A stretch of 64,000 nucleotides of DNA from an uncultured Acidimicrobiia bacterium (GTDB lineage Bacteria; Actinomycetota; Acidimicrobiia; Spongiisociales; JAENVV01): NCBI GenBank assembly GCA_964600365.1, contig CAZRJG010000001.1, positions 35,435 through 99,434 of the forward strand, given 5' to 3'. This document shows, in pieces, positions 18,519 through 27,950 of this stretch; the stretch's first letter is position 1, and each line of letters begins with the position of its first letter. The position numbers were made by a program, and so were the translations under genes. Below the pieces are notes generated by a model. The model was not told where the DNA came from, ran no database searches, and saw only the letters and a list, made by a program, of their open reading frames with translations.

Positions 18519-19082
18519 ATGCCGCGTATCCCGTATCCCGACCTCGACGCCATCACCGACCCCGAATCCCTCGAGATCCTCGACCGGGCCCGGCGGGTCG
18601 GCACGCCCCGCCCCGAGAGCCAGGCGATCCGCTCTCGCGTGCCCGCAGTGCTCAAGACCTTTTCAGCGGCGTGGCAGGAAACCTTCGTCGAGGGCGTCGT
18701 CGACCACGACCTCAAGGAGCTCTGCCGGGTGTACGTGAGCAAGACCGTTGACTGCGGGTACTGCGGCGCTCAGCGCTCAGTCGATGCCTCCACCTCCGAG
18801 GACCACTACGACGAGATCCAGCTCTACGGGCAGAGCGACAAGTACACCGAACGCGAGAAGGCAGCCCTTGCCTACACCGACGCAATCGTGTGGAACCCCG
18901 ACTTCTCCGACGATGCCCTCTGGGAACGCCTCGACGCACACTTCACTGCCGAGGAGCTCGTCGAGCTGGGCTACTTCGTCGCCATCACCTCGGGGCAGCA
19001 GCGGTGGATCAAGACCCTCCAGTTGGGACACCGCGAGGTCATGGCCGACACCGACGCCGGCCTCCTCGAGGCAACGACCTAG
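18519..19082 (+). CDS. carboxymuconolactone decarboxylase (CMD/AhpD-like) family protein
   Basis: GGAGGAG Shine-Dalgarno sequence then ATG 18519. CGYCGAQ motif. Paralog of 46819-47409. Confidence 0.8.
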   Translation: MPRIPYPDLDAITDPESLEILDRARRVGTPRPESQAIRSRVPAVLKTFSAAWQETFVEGVVDHDLKELCRVYVSKTVDCGYCGAQRSVDASTSEDHYDEIQLYGQSDKYTEREKAALAYTDAIVWNPDFSDDALWERLDAHFTAEELVELGYFVAITSGQQRWIKTLQLGHREVMADTDAGLLEATT

Positions 19083-19088
19083 ACACCC

Positions 19089-21344
19089 CTACGCACCCGC
19101 TGGTGCGCGGGCGGAGCGGATCGCCTCCCAGACCCGTGCGGGGGTGAGCGGGAACGCGAGGTCGTCGACGCCGAGTGGCTCGAGGGCATCGAGCGTCGCG
19201 TTGAGGATTGCCGCAGGGATCCCGATCGTGCCCGACTCGCCGAACCCCTTCGCACCGAGGGGGTTGCTGGGTGCCGGGGAGACGAGGTGGCCGAAGCGGG
19301 TCTCCGGGGCGATGATCGAGGACGGCAGCAGGTAGTTCATGAGGCTGGCACTGAGCAGTTGGCCCTGGTCGTCGTAGTCCACGACCTCCCACAGGGCCTG
19401 GCCGATCCCCTGCATGAGCGACCCCCAGATCTGGCCCCGGGCCGCCATCGGATCGATGATGTTGCCACAGTCATCGATGACCACGAGGTGGTCGAGGAGC
19501 ACCTCTCCGGTCTCGGGTTCCACCTCCACGACGGCGACATGGACGCCGTAGGGGAAGGTCTGGAAGCCCGGTGAGTAGAACTCCTCCTCCCGGAGCACGA
19601 CGCCTTGCCGTTGTGCCTCGGCGTACACCTCCGCGAGACCGACGCCCGGGCCGTGGCGCTCGGCGACCGAGACCACTCCGTCGTCGATGTCGAGTTCCCC
19701 GGGTTCGGCGTCGAGCATCGTCGACGCCACCTGGAGGATGCGCTCTCGCACCACGCCTGCGGTGCGGTGCACGGCCGACCCGCCGATCTGGGTCGAGCGA
19801 CTCGCGAAGCTGCCAACACCGGCGGGCACTTCGGCGGTGTCGCCCTGGATGACCTTCACCCTCTCGAGCGGAGTGGGGATCACCTCGGCGGCAAGCTTCG
19901 CCCACACCGTCTCATGGCTCATGCCGGCAGATGCCGACCCGGAGCGCACGATGAGCCCCCCGTCGGCCGCCACCTCCACCGAGCCGTACTCGCCCGACGT
20001 GGGAGCGCCTCCGGCTCGCTCGACGAACGAAGAGAACCCTATGCCAAGTTGCCGCCCACCCTCGGACCGACGTCGTGCCTGCTCGGCACGGAGGCCGTCG
20101 AGGTCCATGGCCTCCAGCGCCAGCGTGAGCGAGCGGGGGTAGTCACCCGAGTCGTACAGCGCTCCGGAGGCCGTCTCGTACGGGAGTTGCTCGGGACGGA
20201 GCATGTTCTTGGTGCGTACCGTCACGGGGTCGACGCCGGCCGCCCGCGCGAATGCGTCCACGGCGCGCTCGATCGCGAGCACCGCCTCGGGGCGACCCGC
20301 CCCGCGGTAGGAACCGATCGGAGCACGGTTCGTGACGACCGTCGTCACGCCGAGCCGCACCTCATCCCACTCGTAGAGGCCGGGGGCGACGAGGCGGGTG
20401 AAGAGGGGGATCTGGGATCCGTTGTGGGGGTAGGCACCGACTTCGGCCTCGATGCGGAGGTCGAGTCGTCGCATGGCACCCGATCGGTCGCCGCCGATCA
20501 TCACCCGGTGGCGCATGCCACGTCCGTGGGTGCCTCCACTGAGCGCCTCCCTGCGGCCTTGGATCCAGGCGACCGGACGCCCGAGACGCCGAGCCATCTC
20601 GGCGACGACGAGGTACTCGGGGTACAGCATGTGCTTCATGCCGAACGCCCCACCCACGTCGGGGAGTACGACGCGGACCGAGTCGGCAGGGAGCCCGAGG
20701 AACGACGACACCTGGTCTCGGAACCTGTGCGGCGCGGCGTGGGAAGGACGGAGCACGAGGCCCTCCCCTTCGGGTTCGGCGAGGATGCCGAGGGGTTCGA
20801 TCGGCGTGGGGGCGAGTCGGGGGCTGTGGACGACGACCTCGATCTCGACCTCGTCGACGCCGCGGCGCATGGCACCACCCTCGGGTTCGTCGTGCATCAC
20901 GACGTTGGTGCCCTCGTCGGGGTGGAGGATGGACACATCGGCAAGGGCGGCGTCGTAGTCGGGGACCACGGGCAGCTCGTCGAGCTCAAGCCAGGCGAGC
21001 TCGGCGGCGTCGGCCGCCGCAGCGGCGCTCGTCGCCACGACGGCGGCAACGGGCTCCCCCACGTAGCGGACGACGCCGGCGGCGAGCACGGGACGGACCA
21101 TCCCCTCGGCAGCGGGACCACGCCCCGTGGAGCCGGGGATCGCATCCAGGCCGAGGTCGGCAGCCGTGACGACCGCCACCACCCCGGCGACGTCGCGGGT
21201 GGCATCGAGGTCGATCTCGTCGATCGTGGCGTGGGCGAGGGGGCTGCGCACGAAGGCGACATGGAGCGCACCCTGCGGGACGAGGTCGGCCACATAGCCA
21301 CCTGTCCCCGTCACGAACCGTTCGTCTTCCACCCGGCGCATCAT
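19089..21344 (-). CDS. xanthine dehydrogenase/CO dehydrogenase family molybdopterin-binding large subunit (CoxL-like)
   Basis: 751 aa. N-terminal a/b-hammerhead domain, Mo-cofactor-binding domains, C-terminal GFGESGTIG-type motif. No small or medium subunit genes adjacent. Confidence 0.85.
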   Translation of the reverse strand: MMRRVEDERFVTGTGGYVADLVPQGALHVAFVRSPLAHATIDEIDLDATRDVAGVVAVVTAADLGLDAIPGSTGRGPAAEGMVRPVLAAGVVRYVGEPVAAVVATSAAAAADAAELAWLELDELPVVPDYDAALADVSILHPDEGTNVVMHDEPEGGAMRRGVDEVEIEVVVHSPRLAPTPIEPLGILAEPEGEGLVLRPSHAAPHRFRDQVSSFLGLPADSVRVVLPDVGGAFGMKHMLYPEYLVVAEMARRLGRPVAWIQGRREALSGGTHGRGMRHRVMIGGDRSGAMRRLDLRIEAEVGAYPHNGSQIPLFTRLVAPGLYEWDEVRLGVTTVVTNRAPIGSYRGAGRPEAVLAIERAVDAFARAAGVDPVTVRTKNMLRPEQLPYETASGALYDSGDYPRSLTLALEAMDLDGLRAEQARRRSEGGRQLGIGFSSFVERAGGAPTSGEYGSVEVAADGGLIVRSGSASAGMSHETVWAKLAAEVIPTPLERVKVIQGDTAEVPAGVGSFASRSTQIGGSAVHRTAGVVRERILQVASTMLDAEPGELDIDDGVVSVAERHGPGVGLAEVYAEAQRQGVVLREEEFYSPGFQTFPYGVHVAVVEVEPETGEVLLDHLVVIDDCGNIIDPMAARGQIWGSLMQGIGQALWEVVDYDDQGQLLSASLMNYLLPSSIIAPETRFGHLVSPAPSNPLGAKGFGESGTIGIPAAILNATLDALEPLGVDDLAFPLTPARVWEAIRSARAPAGA

Positions 21345-21355
21345 CGCTCCTCGGC

Positions 21356-21369
21356 CACAATCGATTGCG
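21356..21369. promoter_or_regulatory. LacI-family operator-like site (CACAATCGATTGCG)
   Basis: 12 nt upstream of the coxL-like start codon. Confidence 0.5.
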
Positions 21370-21387
21370 AGAGCCTACCCCGAATTG

Positions 21388-22488
21388 TCACTCCTCCGGG
21401 GGGGCCGTCGACTCGCGCACGACGAGCGTCGGTGCGAGCGAGACGGCCCGGATCGGGGTCGCGTCCTTCTTGGAGTCGTCACGGTTCATCGCGTCGAGGA
21501 GCATGCGGGCGGCCATGGAGCCCATCTCGAAGTTCGGCAGGGCAACGGTCGTGAGGGGAGGATTGATCCGGTCCATGAAGAGCGTGTCGTTGTACCCCGT
21601 CACCGACACGTCCTCGGGCACCCGCAGGCCCGCTCGTCGGAGCACATCGAGGCACCCGACGGCGATCAGGTCGTTCGCTGCGACAAGCGCCGTGAACTCG
21701 GCTCCCGAGTCGAGCAGGTGCTGGCACGCATCTGCGCCGGGGTCGACCTGGAAGCGCTCGGCTTCGACGATGAGGTTCGGATCGAAGTCGAGTCCCTCCA
21801 TCCGCATCCAGGCCTCGAAGGCCTCCCGCCGCTTCACGGCCGTGAGCAGCGATTGCGGACCCGCCACATGGGCGATCCGCCGATGACCGAGCGAGGCGAG
21901 GTGCTTGATGACCTGGCCGATGCCGTCGTGGTCATCGGTGGTCACGCCCGGGGCGTTCGTCGGGTTGGGGTCGGGCCAGTCCTCCCCGAGCGGGGCCTGG
22001 GATCGCAGCCGGTTGACCAAGACAATCGGGATATCCGCCTTGAGGAAGTCGGCGAGCATCGTTCCACTCCGACGGGCGGTGGCGAGGATCAGGCCGTCGA
22101 CGCGACGCTCCAGCAACGTTGTCGTCACCGTTCGCTCCGTCTCCGTGTTGTTGTCGCCGTTCGCCACGAGGACGGAGTACCCGGCCTCTGCAAGGACAGC
22201 CTCGGCGCCACGGAAGATCGGCGGGAAGAGGGGGTTCATGAGGTCCGGGACCACCATGCCGACGGTGTGGGTGCGGTTCGTACGGAGGCCGCGGGCGAAG
22301 GGGTGCGGCCGGTACCCGAGCCTCTTCGCCGCCTCGACGACCTTCAGTGCCGTGTTCTCGTTCACGATCGACCGCGTCTCGGGGTTCAACGCCCGCGAAG
22401 CCGTTGAGATGTGGACGCCGGCCGCCTCGGCCACGTCGCGGAGGGTTACCTGTGCCACGCGCTCCCTTTCTCTGCAATCGTTTTGCAT
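21388..22488 (-). CDS. LacI-family transcriptional regulator
   Basis: ATG 22488, or GTG 22457 at VAQVTLRDVAEAAGVHISTASRALN (helix-turn-helix). Periplasmic-binding-fold effector domain. The long ORF 21388-23004 has a spurious N-terminal extension. Confidence 0.85.
   Translation of the reverse strand: MQNDCRERERVAQVTLRDVAEAAGVHISTASRALNPETRSIVNENTALKVVEAAKRLGYRPHPFARGLRTNRTHTVGMVVPDLMNPLFPPIFRGAEAVLAEAGYSVLVANGDNNTETERTVTTTLLERRVDGLILATARRSGTMLADFLKADIPIVLVNRLRSQAPLGEDWPDPNPTNAPGVTTDDHDGIGQVIKHLASLGHRRIAHVAGPQSLLTAVKRREAFEAWMRMEGLDFDPNLIVEAERFQVDPGADACQHLLDSGAEFTALVAANDLIAVGCLDVLRRAGLRVPEDVSVTGYNDTLFMDRINPPLTTVALPNFEMGSMAARMLLDAMNRDDSKKDATPIRAVSLAPTLVVRESTAPPEE
22473..22487. promoter_or_regulatory. 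LacI-family operator-like site overlapping the LacI start codon (TGCAATCGTTTTGCA)
   Basis: Perfect left half-site. Right half has one extra T. Position suggests autoregulation. Confidence 0.45.
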
Positions 22489-22628
22489 ACTAGGAACCCG
22501 GCGACGAGGCTTCAAGCGAACTCCCGAAGACCGGGAATGCCACTGCGGAGTATGGCGTTGGCCGGCACGAGGGGGCTTCGAGCTCCACAGACCCACATCG
22601 TCGGAACCCACGACCGTGAGCCCAAACC

Positions 22629-22642
22629 TGCAACTGATTGCA
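22629..22642. promoter_or_regulatory. LacI-family operator-like site (TGCAACTGATTGCA)
   Basis: 15 nt upstream of the OsmC ATG. Outer positions perfect; central TC to CT swap. Confidence 0.4.
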
Positions 22643-22656
22643 CCCAGGAGGACCCC

Positions 22657-23145
22657 ATGAGCACCATCGTCGACGAGGTCGACCTCACCAGGCCCATCAT
22701 CCGTAGGAAGGCCATCAGCGTCCGCAACGACGCAGGGATGCTCGCCATCCACGACTTCGGGGAATACGGCTACTTCGCGACCGACGAACCGATCGCCCAT
22801 GGGGGCACCGGGGAGGGTCCCTCCCCGCTCCAAACCGTCCTCGGCGCCCTCTGTGGGTGCGAGTCGGTCACGTTCAACCGCACCGCCGAAGAGTACGGCT
22901 TCTCCTACGAGGGCATTGACTTCGAGGCCGAGTACACCATCGACGTCAGGGGCCGCATGGGAGTCGACGAAGTACGACCCCACTTCCAGACCGTGCGCGT
23001 CCAAGCGACGGTCGAAACCGACGAATCCCCCGAGCGGCTCGCCGAAGTCGTGGAGGAGACCGAACGGCGGTGCCCCGTGTTCAACCTCATCAGCGACGCC
23101 GGTGTGAGGATCCAGGTGCAGTGGGTCCGACGGCCGCTCGCCTGA
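22657..23145 (+). CDS. OsmC/Ohr family peroxiredoxin-like protein
   Basis: AGGAGGAC Shine-Dalgarno sequence then ATG 22657. OsmC fold motifs GALCGCESVT and RCPVFN. Confidence 0.8.
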   Translation: MSTIVDEVDLTRPIIRRKAISVRNDAGMLAIHDFGEYGYFATDEPIAHGGTGEGPSPLQTVLGALCGCESVTFNRTAEEYGFSYEGIDFEAEYTIDVRGRMGVDEVRPHFQTVRVQATVETDESPERLAEVVEETERRCPVFNLISDAGVRIQVQWVRRPLA

Positions 23146-23150
23146 CGCGA

Positions 23151-23180
23151 GTGGGGCGCCGGCACACGCCGACGCCCCAC
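23151..23180. terminator. hairpin between convergent osmC and M24 genes
   Basis: gtggggcg ... cgccccac with an inner cggc/gccg stem. Confidence 0.45.
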
Positions 23181-23199
23181 CGCTTCGAACAGACGGGAT

Positions 23200-24465
23200 C
23201 TAGTACGCGTTCGTGACGACGAGTTCCTCTGCGGGGAAGAGCGTGAGGAGCTGCGGGCCGTCCTTGGTGACCACGATCTCCTCCTCGATGCGTGCTGCTG
23301 ATCGGCCGTCGCTGGCCGGGCAGTACGTCTCGAGGGCGAACACCATGCCCTCCTCGATCTCCACCGGGTGCTCAATCGAGTTCAGGCGGCTGATGACCGG
23401 ACGCTCGTGGAGCGCCATGCCCAGGCCGTGGCCGAACTGGAGCCCGAAGGCCTCCATCTCGTTCGGGAACCCGAACTCCTCGGCCTTTGGCCACACCTTG
23501 GCGATGTCCGCCGTGGTGGCTCCCACCTTGACCTCGGCAATGGACGCATCGATCCACTCCCGGGCCTGCTTGTAGGCATCGCGGTGCGCCTGCGTCGCGC
23601 GCCCCACCGCGAACGTGCGGTAGTAGCAGGTGCGGTAGCCGTTGAACACGTGGATGATGTCGAAGTAGGCCTGGTCGCCGGGGCGGATCATCCGATCGGA
23701 GAAGACGTGCGGATGCGGGCTGCACCGCTCACCCGCGATCGAGTTGATGCCCTCGACGAACTCGGAGCCGTACTTGAGGAGCAGTTCGCTGGCCAACGCC
23801 ACGATGTCGCTCTCCCGGATCCCGGGCTTCAGCTCCTCGTAGATGTGCTGGTACACCGCGTCGACCATCGAGGCCGCCTGGCTGAGCAGCATGATCTCGT
23901 CCTGGTTCTTGATGTGGCGGGCGTCGAGCATCGTCTGCTGCCCGTCCCGCACGTCGAAGCCCACGGCTTCGAGCTGGCGGAGCATCGGCATCTCAATCAC
24001 GTCGACGCCGAGTGGCTCGTCTCCGAGGCCCTCCGCATCGAGGATCGACTTGAGCTCCTTGGCAGCCGCCTCCGGGAGGCCGGCGTCGGGGGCGATCGCA
24101 CCCATGAGGCCGGTGTTGCCGCCCACCGAGTGCTCGGGCTTGATCCAGGGTGCCTGTGTGTGATGGGCCTTGGCCGCAGAGCCGAAGTCCCAGATGCGAG
24201 GTTCACCCTTGCGGGTCAGCAGGGCGTACCGCTCGCACTTGCCGTACGCCCAGTAGCCGATGGTGGTGGCGGTGACGTACCGGATGTTGCTCGTGTCGAA
24301 CAGCAGGATGGCACCGAGGTCGCTGGCCTCCAGCGCCTCGACGGCCCGCTTGAGGCGGTACTCGCGGAGCCGCTGGAAGTTGACGCGCTCCTCCCAATCG
24401 ACGCCCATCACACCCGGGGCGGGGATGCTCGTCTGTGCGAACTCGGCTTCGAGTGGATTGATCAT
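23200..24465 (-). CDS. M24 family metallopeptidase (creatinase/Xaa-Pro aminopeptidase/ectoine-hydrolase-like)
   Basis: 421 aa. Creatinase-type N-domain plus pita-bread catalytic domain (FGHGLGMALHERP, ALETY). Confidence 0.8.
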   Translation of the reverse strand: MINPLEAEFAQTSIPAPGVMGVDWEERVNFQRLREYRLKRAVEALEASDLGAILLFDTSNIRYVTATTIGYWAYGKCERYALLTRKGEPRIWDFGSAAKAHHTQAPWIKPEHSVGGNTGLMGAIAPDAGLPEAAAKELKSILDAEGLGDEPLGVDVIEMPMLRQLEAVGFDVRDGQQTMLDARHIKNQDEIMLLSQAASMVDAVYQHIYEELKPGIRESDIVALASELLLKYGSEFVEGINSIAGERCSPHPHVFSDRMIRPGDQAYFDIIHVFNGYRTCYYRTFAVGRATQAHRDAYKQAREWIDASIAEVKVGATTADIAKVWPKAEEFGFPNEMEAFGLQFGHGLGMALHERPVISRLNSIEHPVEIEEGMVFALETYCPASDGRSAARIEEEIVVTKDGPQLLTLFPAEELVVTNAY

Positions 24466-24474
24466 GGCTTCCTT

Positions 24475-25410
24475 TCAGCCGGAGAGTCCGTCATCAACCA
24501 TACGCTCTTCGGACACGAGCTCCATGGCGGAGGCCGCAGCCCCCATTTCAAGGAGGGCCCCGAAGTCCTGGTCACCCAGGCCCCGGCCGATGCCCTCCAT
24601 CACCATCTGGTGGACGAGCGCCGAGGCCGGGAGCGGCACGTCGAGCGCACGACTCTGTTCGAGCCCGAGCTCGAAGTCCTTGCGGAGGAGGTGCCACGTG
24701 AAGGTCGGCGTCCAATCGAGGTTCACGAACGCCGGCGACTTGTAGCGGGTGAACACCGAGCCCATGACGCTGTCGTTGAGGAAGTCGAGATAGTCGTAGC
24801 GCGACACGCCCGCCTTCTCCACCAAGAGCGCGGTCTCGGCCATCATCTGGGTGACCACGCCGAGCATGAGGTTGTGGGCGATCTTCACGAGGCGGGCCTC
24901 GTCGCCACCACCCACGTAGGTGCACTTGGTCCCGTACATCTCGAGGTAGGGCCTCGCGAGGTCGTACGCACCACGGGGACCCGAGGCGACCGACGTCAGC
25001 TTGCCGGACGACACGACCTTGGGATTGCCACTGACCGGAGCGGCGAGCACCGCCACGCCGAGATCGGCCGCAGCGGCACGAAGGATCTCCGAGGTCTGGG
25101 GATCGATCGTGGTCGAGTCGATGATCATCTTGGGGACGACGCCCTCCTTCGAGAGCACGCCGTGCTCCCCCGTCGTCACCTCGAGGACGTCCTTGGGCCC
25201 AGCGACCATGGTGAAGACGATGTCGCGGTCCGCGAGGTCTGCCGGGGTGTCCACGACCGTTGCGCCGAGCTCGCCGAGGGGTTCTGCCTTCGACCGCGTG
25301 CGGTTCCACACCGAGAGGTCACAACCTCCCGCGAGGAGGCGTTCACACAGGGCGTAGCCCATGCGCCCGGTACCGATCCAACCAAGCGTCAGTGCCTTCG
25401 GATCACTCAT
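24475..25410 (-). CDS. NAD(P)-dependent 3-hydroxyisobutyrate/tartronate-semialdehyde reductase family oxidoreductase
   Basis: ATG at 25410 (MSDPKALTLGWIGTGRMG, Rossmann fold). 6-PGDH-like NAD-binding and C-terminal helical domains. Confidence 0.8.
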   Translation of the reverse strand: MSDPKALTLGWIGTGRMGYALCERLLAGGCDLSVWNRTRSKAEPLGELGATVVDTPADLADRDIVFTMVAGPKDVLEVTTGEHGVLSKEGVVPKMIIDSTTIDPQTSEILRAAAADLGVAVLAAPVSGNPKVVSSGKLTSVASGPRGAYDLARPYLEMYGTKCTYVGGGDEARLVKIAHNLMLGVVTQMMAETALLVEKAGVSRYDYLDFLNDSVMGSVFTRYKSPAFVNLDWTPTFTWHLLRKDFELGLEQSRALDVPLPASALVHQMVMEGIGRGLGDQDFGALLEMGAAASAMELVSEERMVDDGLSG

Positions 25411-25423
25411 CTCAACTCCGTTC

Positions 25424-25437
25424 CGCAATCGATTGCA
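25424..25437. promoter_or_regulatory. LacI-family operator-like site (CGCAATCGATTGCA)
   Basis: 14 nt upstream of the HIBADH-family ATG. Confidence 0.5.
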
Positions 25438-25482
25438 CGTGCATCCTAGGGCACTGTTCGGGAGTGTCAATCAGAACACCGG

Positions 25483-26229
25483 CTACGCCCCGGCGGCACT
25501 CCAGAGGAGGCGGACCACCGACGCCACGAGCACGCCGAGCACGACGTACTCGAACGTCTTCCTCTGGATACGACGGGAGACCCGCATCCCGAGCGGCACA
25601 ACCATCAGGGCGGGGATCGTTGCGATGAGACCCTGCCCGAGCCGATCCCATGTGAGCATGTCGAGCGTCCAGTACCCCACGTACTGCATCACCCCGAAGA
25701 TCCAGAACGGGACGGTGATAGAGAAGATGAACACCGACGGATCGAGGCGGAGCCCGTGGAGGTAGGTGGCGAGGACGGGTGCCGACACGCCCGTCGCCCC
25801 TTGGAGCGCCCCGCCGACGAGGCCGACGGGCGCGCTCAGCCACTTCGCAATGCGCTCCCCGATCCGGAACTCCTGGTCGGTGAGGTACCGCACGATGTAG
25901 GCGATGACCACGCCGGCGAGCACCCATGACAACGCCACATCATCGAGCTCACTGAGCAACCAGGCCCCTGCAAGGGTGCCGAAGAGCCCCGCAATGAGCA
26001 TCGAAGGGAGGTACGCCTTCGTATCGCCCGCGGAGCCACGGTGCGCCCACAGGAGCCACGAGTTGGCGAGGAGCGACGGCACCGAGATGACCACCACGGC
26101 CTGCTCGATCCCGACGAAACCGGCCATGACGGGGATGGCGAGCATGGGGCCACCCATTCCGGTGACCCCCTTCACGAAGAACCCCGTCCCCACCGTGAGG
26201 ACGACGAGGAGGATCTCAACGGGATCCAT
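25483..26229 (-). CDS. TSUP (TauE/SafE) family sulfite/organosulfonate exporter
   Basis: 248 aa. Eight TM helices. Duplicated TauE motif (GMGGPMLAIP). Confidence 0.75.
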   Translation of the reverse strand: MDPVEILLVVLTVGTGFFVKGVTGMGGPMLAIPVMAGFVGIEQAVVVISVPSLLANSWLLWAHRGSAGDTKAYLPSMLIAGLFGTLAGAWLLSELDDVALSWVLAGVVIAYIVRYLTDQEFRIGERIAKWLSAPVGLVGGALQGATGVSAPVLATYLHGLRLDPSVFIFSITVPFWIFGVMQYVGYWTLDMLTWDRLGQGLIATIPALMVVPLGMRVSRRIQRKTFEYVVLGVLVASVVRLLWSAAGA

Positions 26230-26277
26230 GCGAACCCGATCGACGAGCGCGTGAACTCACGCGCGGCGCTCCCATGT

Positions 26278-26652
26278 TCAGACGTCGTCGTCCTTCACCC
26301 AGATGGTCTCCGAAGGCTTCGGCACCCAGAGCTCGATGAAGGTGAAGGTGGTGTCGGTGGGGTTCTCGAACCAGTGGACCTCGTCCTCGACCACCAGGGC
26401 GACATCCCCGGGGGCGAGGTCATAGGAGGCGTCATCCACATGGAGCATCCCCGATCCGTCGAGGACGAAGAAGAAGTGTTTGGCGTCCAGGTGGTAGTGG
26501 GCGGCAGCGGTGTCACCGGGGTGATAGGTGATCTTGTCCGCCTTGATCGAGGTGAGGCCGAACAGCTCCTCGGTGATGAGGTCGACCCGGTCGCGGCCGT
26601 CACGCGTGGAGTCGAGAACGGGCAGGTCGGCCCGTTTGATCACGCTTGCCAT
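26278..26652 (-). CDS. cupin domain protein
   Basis: YHPGDTAAAHYHLDAKHFFFVLDGSG, a cupin His-ligand pattern. Confidence 0.7.
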   Translation of the reverse strand: MASVIKRADLPVLDSTRDGRDRVDLITEELFGLTSIKADKITYHPGDTAAAHYHLDAKHFFFVLDGSGMLHVDDASYDLAPGDVALVVEDEVHWFENPTDTTFTFIELWVPKPSETIWVKDDDV

Positions 26653-26674
26653 GAGTCCTCCTCAGTCCGTCCGA

Positions 26675-26712
26675 AACGACGGGTGGGGCCCCTCGGGGCC
26701 CCACCCGTCGTT
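26675..26712. terminator. terminator hairpin (17-bp perfect stem) downstream of the ABC substrate-binding-protein gene
   Basis: aacgacgggtggggccc-ctcg-gggccccacccgtcgtt. Confidence 0.65.
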
Positions 26713-26730
26713 CGGCTTGATCGGTGCGGC

Positions 26731-27894
26731 CTAGAAGTTCTCGACGAGTTCCTTGCCCTCAGTGAGGTCGAGGGCCGGGTTCGTGTCGAGACCAAGGGCC
26801 TCCTGCGCCGTGTGGAGGTCGGAGACGTCCACCCAGTCGCGCCACTTGTCGTTGATGTCCGGGGCAACGTTGCCGTAGGGCACCACGAACTCCATCCACC
26901 AGTCCATCTGGGCGGGGTCGAAACCGAGGTCCTGCGAGAGGATCGTGGCATCGATGCGCCACACGTTCTCGTCGAAGAACGCGTCGGGGAGGTCGATGCC
27001 GTGATCCTCTGAGAGGATCCGCACGAGCTCGTCGAAGTTGGCTCGGGTCTTCGTCCAGCGCTGCGCCTGGATGTAGGCGTAGTTCCACGCTGCCGCGAAG
27101 CCCGGGTCCTCGTTCCGCTTGTCGCCGGTCATGACGAAGCCACCCTGGGGGACGTTGAAGAAGTCCGAGTACAGGGCACTACCGCCGTCGGCCTCTGCGA
27201 GGGGGACGTGGCGAGAAAACGCAACCGTGGCGTCGATCTGGCCGGTGAGCATTGCCTGCACCCAGTCATTGGAGCCACCGGTCATCTCGGTGAACACCAC
27301 GTCGTTCTCCCAGTCGAGACCGAGCTCGCCAAGCATGAACTTGCAGATCGCCTCGTTCACCTGGCCGGCACGGCCACCACCGACCCGCTTGCCGCGGAGA
27401 TCGTCGGCGCTGGTGATGCCAGCGTTGGCGATGAGGATGAGTGGCTGCGCACCGAGGTTCACGGAGATCATCCGCGTGTCGGCCGGGAGCACACCCTTGT
27501 CCATGCCGTCGAAGAAGACATCGGAGTCGTAGAGCGAAACGTCGTAGTCACCCGAGAGGGTCGGGGGAACCGGGTCATCGGCGTCGTTGATTGTGAGATC
27601 GGTGATGCCGACCTCTTCGAAGAAGCCGAGCGACTGGCCCACGTACAGCGGGGCACGCAGCAGTCGGTTCGGGTTGTTGTACCCGACCGTCACCGCAGAC
27701 TTCGTGGTCGTTGGGATGCCCGAACCCGCGGTCGTACCCGGCGCGGCGGTCGTCGCCGGCGCAGCCGTGGTCGTGGTGTCACCACTCCCGGCCCCACAGG
27801 CAGCGAGAGCCAGCCCACCAAGGGCCATACCACTCATGCCGAGGAACTGGCGCCGAGTAGGCGTACCGAGTCCTCGATCCTTCTTTTCCACCAT
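26731..27894 (-). CDS. ABC transporter substrate-binding lipoprotein (NitT/TauT family, SsuA/ThiY-like), Tat signal
   Basis: GGAGGAG Shine-Dalgarno sequence then ATG 27894. RRQFLGMSGMALGGLALAAC is a Tat motif plus lipobox. Confidence 0.85.
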   Translation of the reverse strand: MVEKKDRGLGTPTRRQFLGMSGMALGGLALAACGAGSGDTTTTAAPATTAAPGTTAGSGIPTTTKSAVTVGYNNPNRLLRAPLYVGQSLGFFEEVGITDLTINDADDPVPPTLSGDYDVSLYDSDVFFDGMDKGVLPADTRMISVNLGAQPLILIANAGITSADDLRGKRVGGGRAGQVNEAICKFMLGELGLDWENDVVFTEMTGGSNDWVQAMLTGQIDATVAFSRHVPLAEADGGSALYSDFFNVPQGGFVMTGDKRNEDPGFAAAWNYAYIQAQRWTKTRANFDELVRILSEDHGIDLPDAFFDENVWRIDATILSQDLGFDPAQMDWWMEFVVPYGNVAPDINDKWRDWVDVSDLHTAQEALGLDTNPALDLTEGKELVENF

Positions 27895-27950
27895 GTTTCT
27901 CCTCCGTTGTCTCGACCGAACCCGTGTGATCCAGCCCACTTGGTGTGGCG

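Noticed and set aside
19605-21554. 649-aa ORF antisense to coxL
   Set aside because: Antisense artifact.
21388-23004. Full 538-aa extent of the LacI ORF
   Set aside because: The N-terminal 172 aa are antisense to osmC and have no helix-turn-helix. The true start is at 22488 or 22457, where the helix-turn-helix begins.
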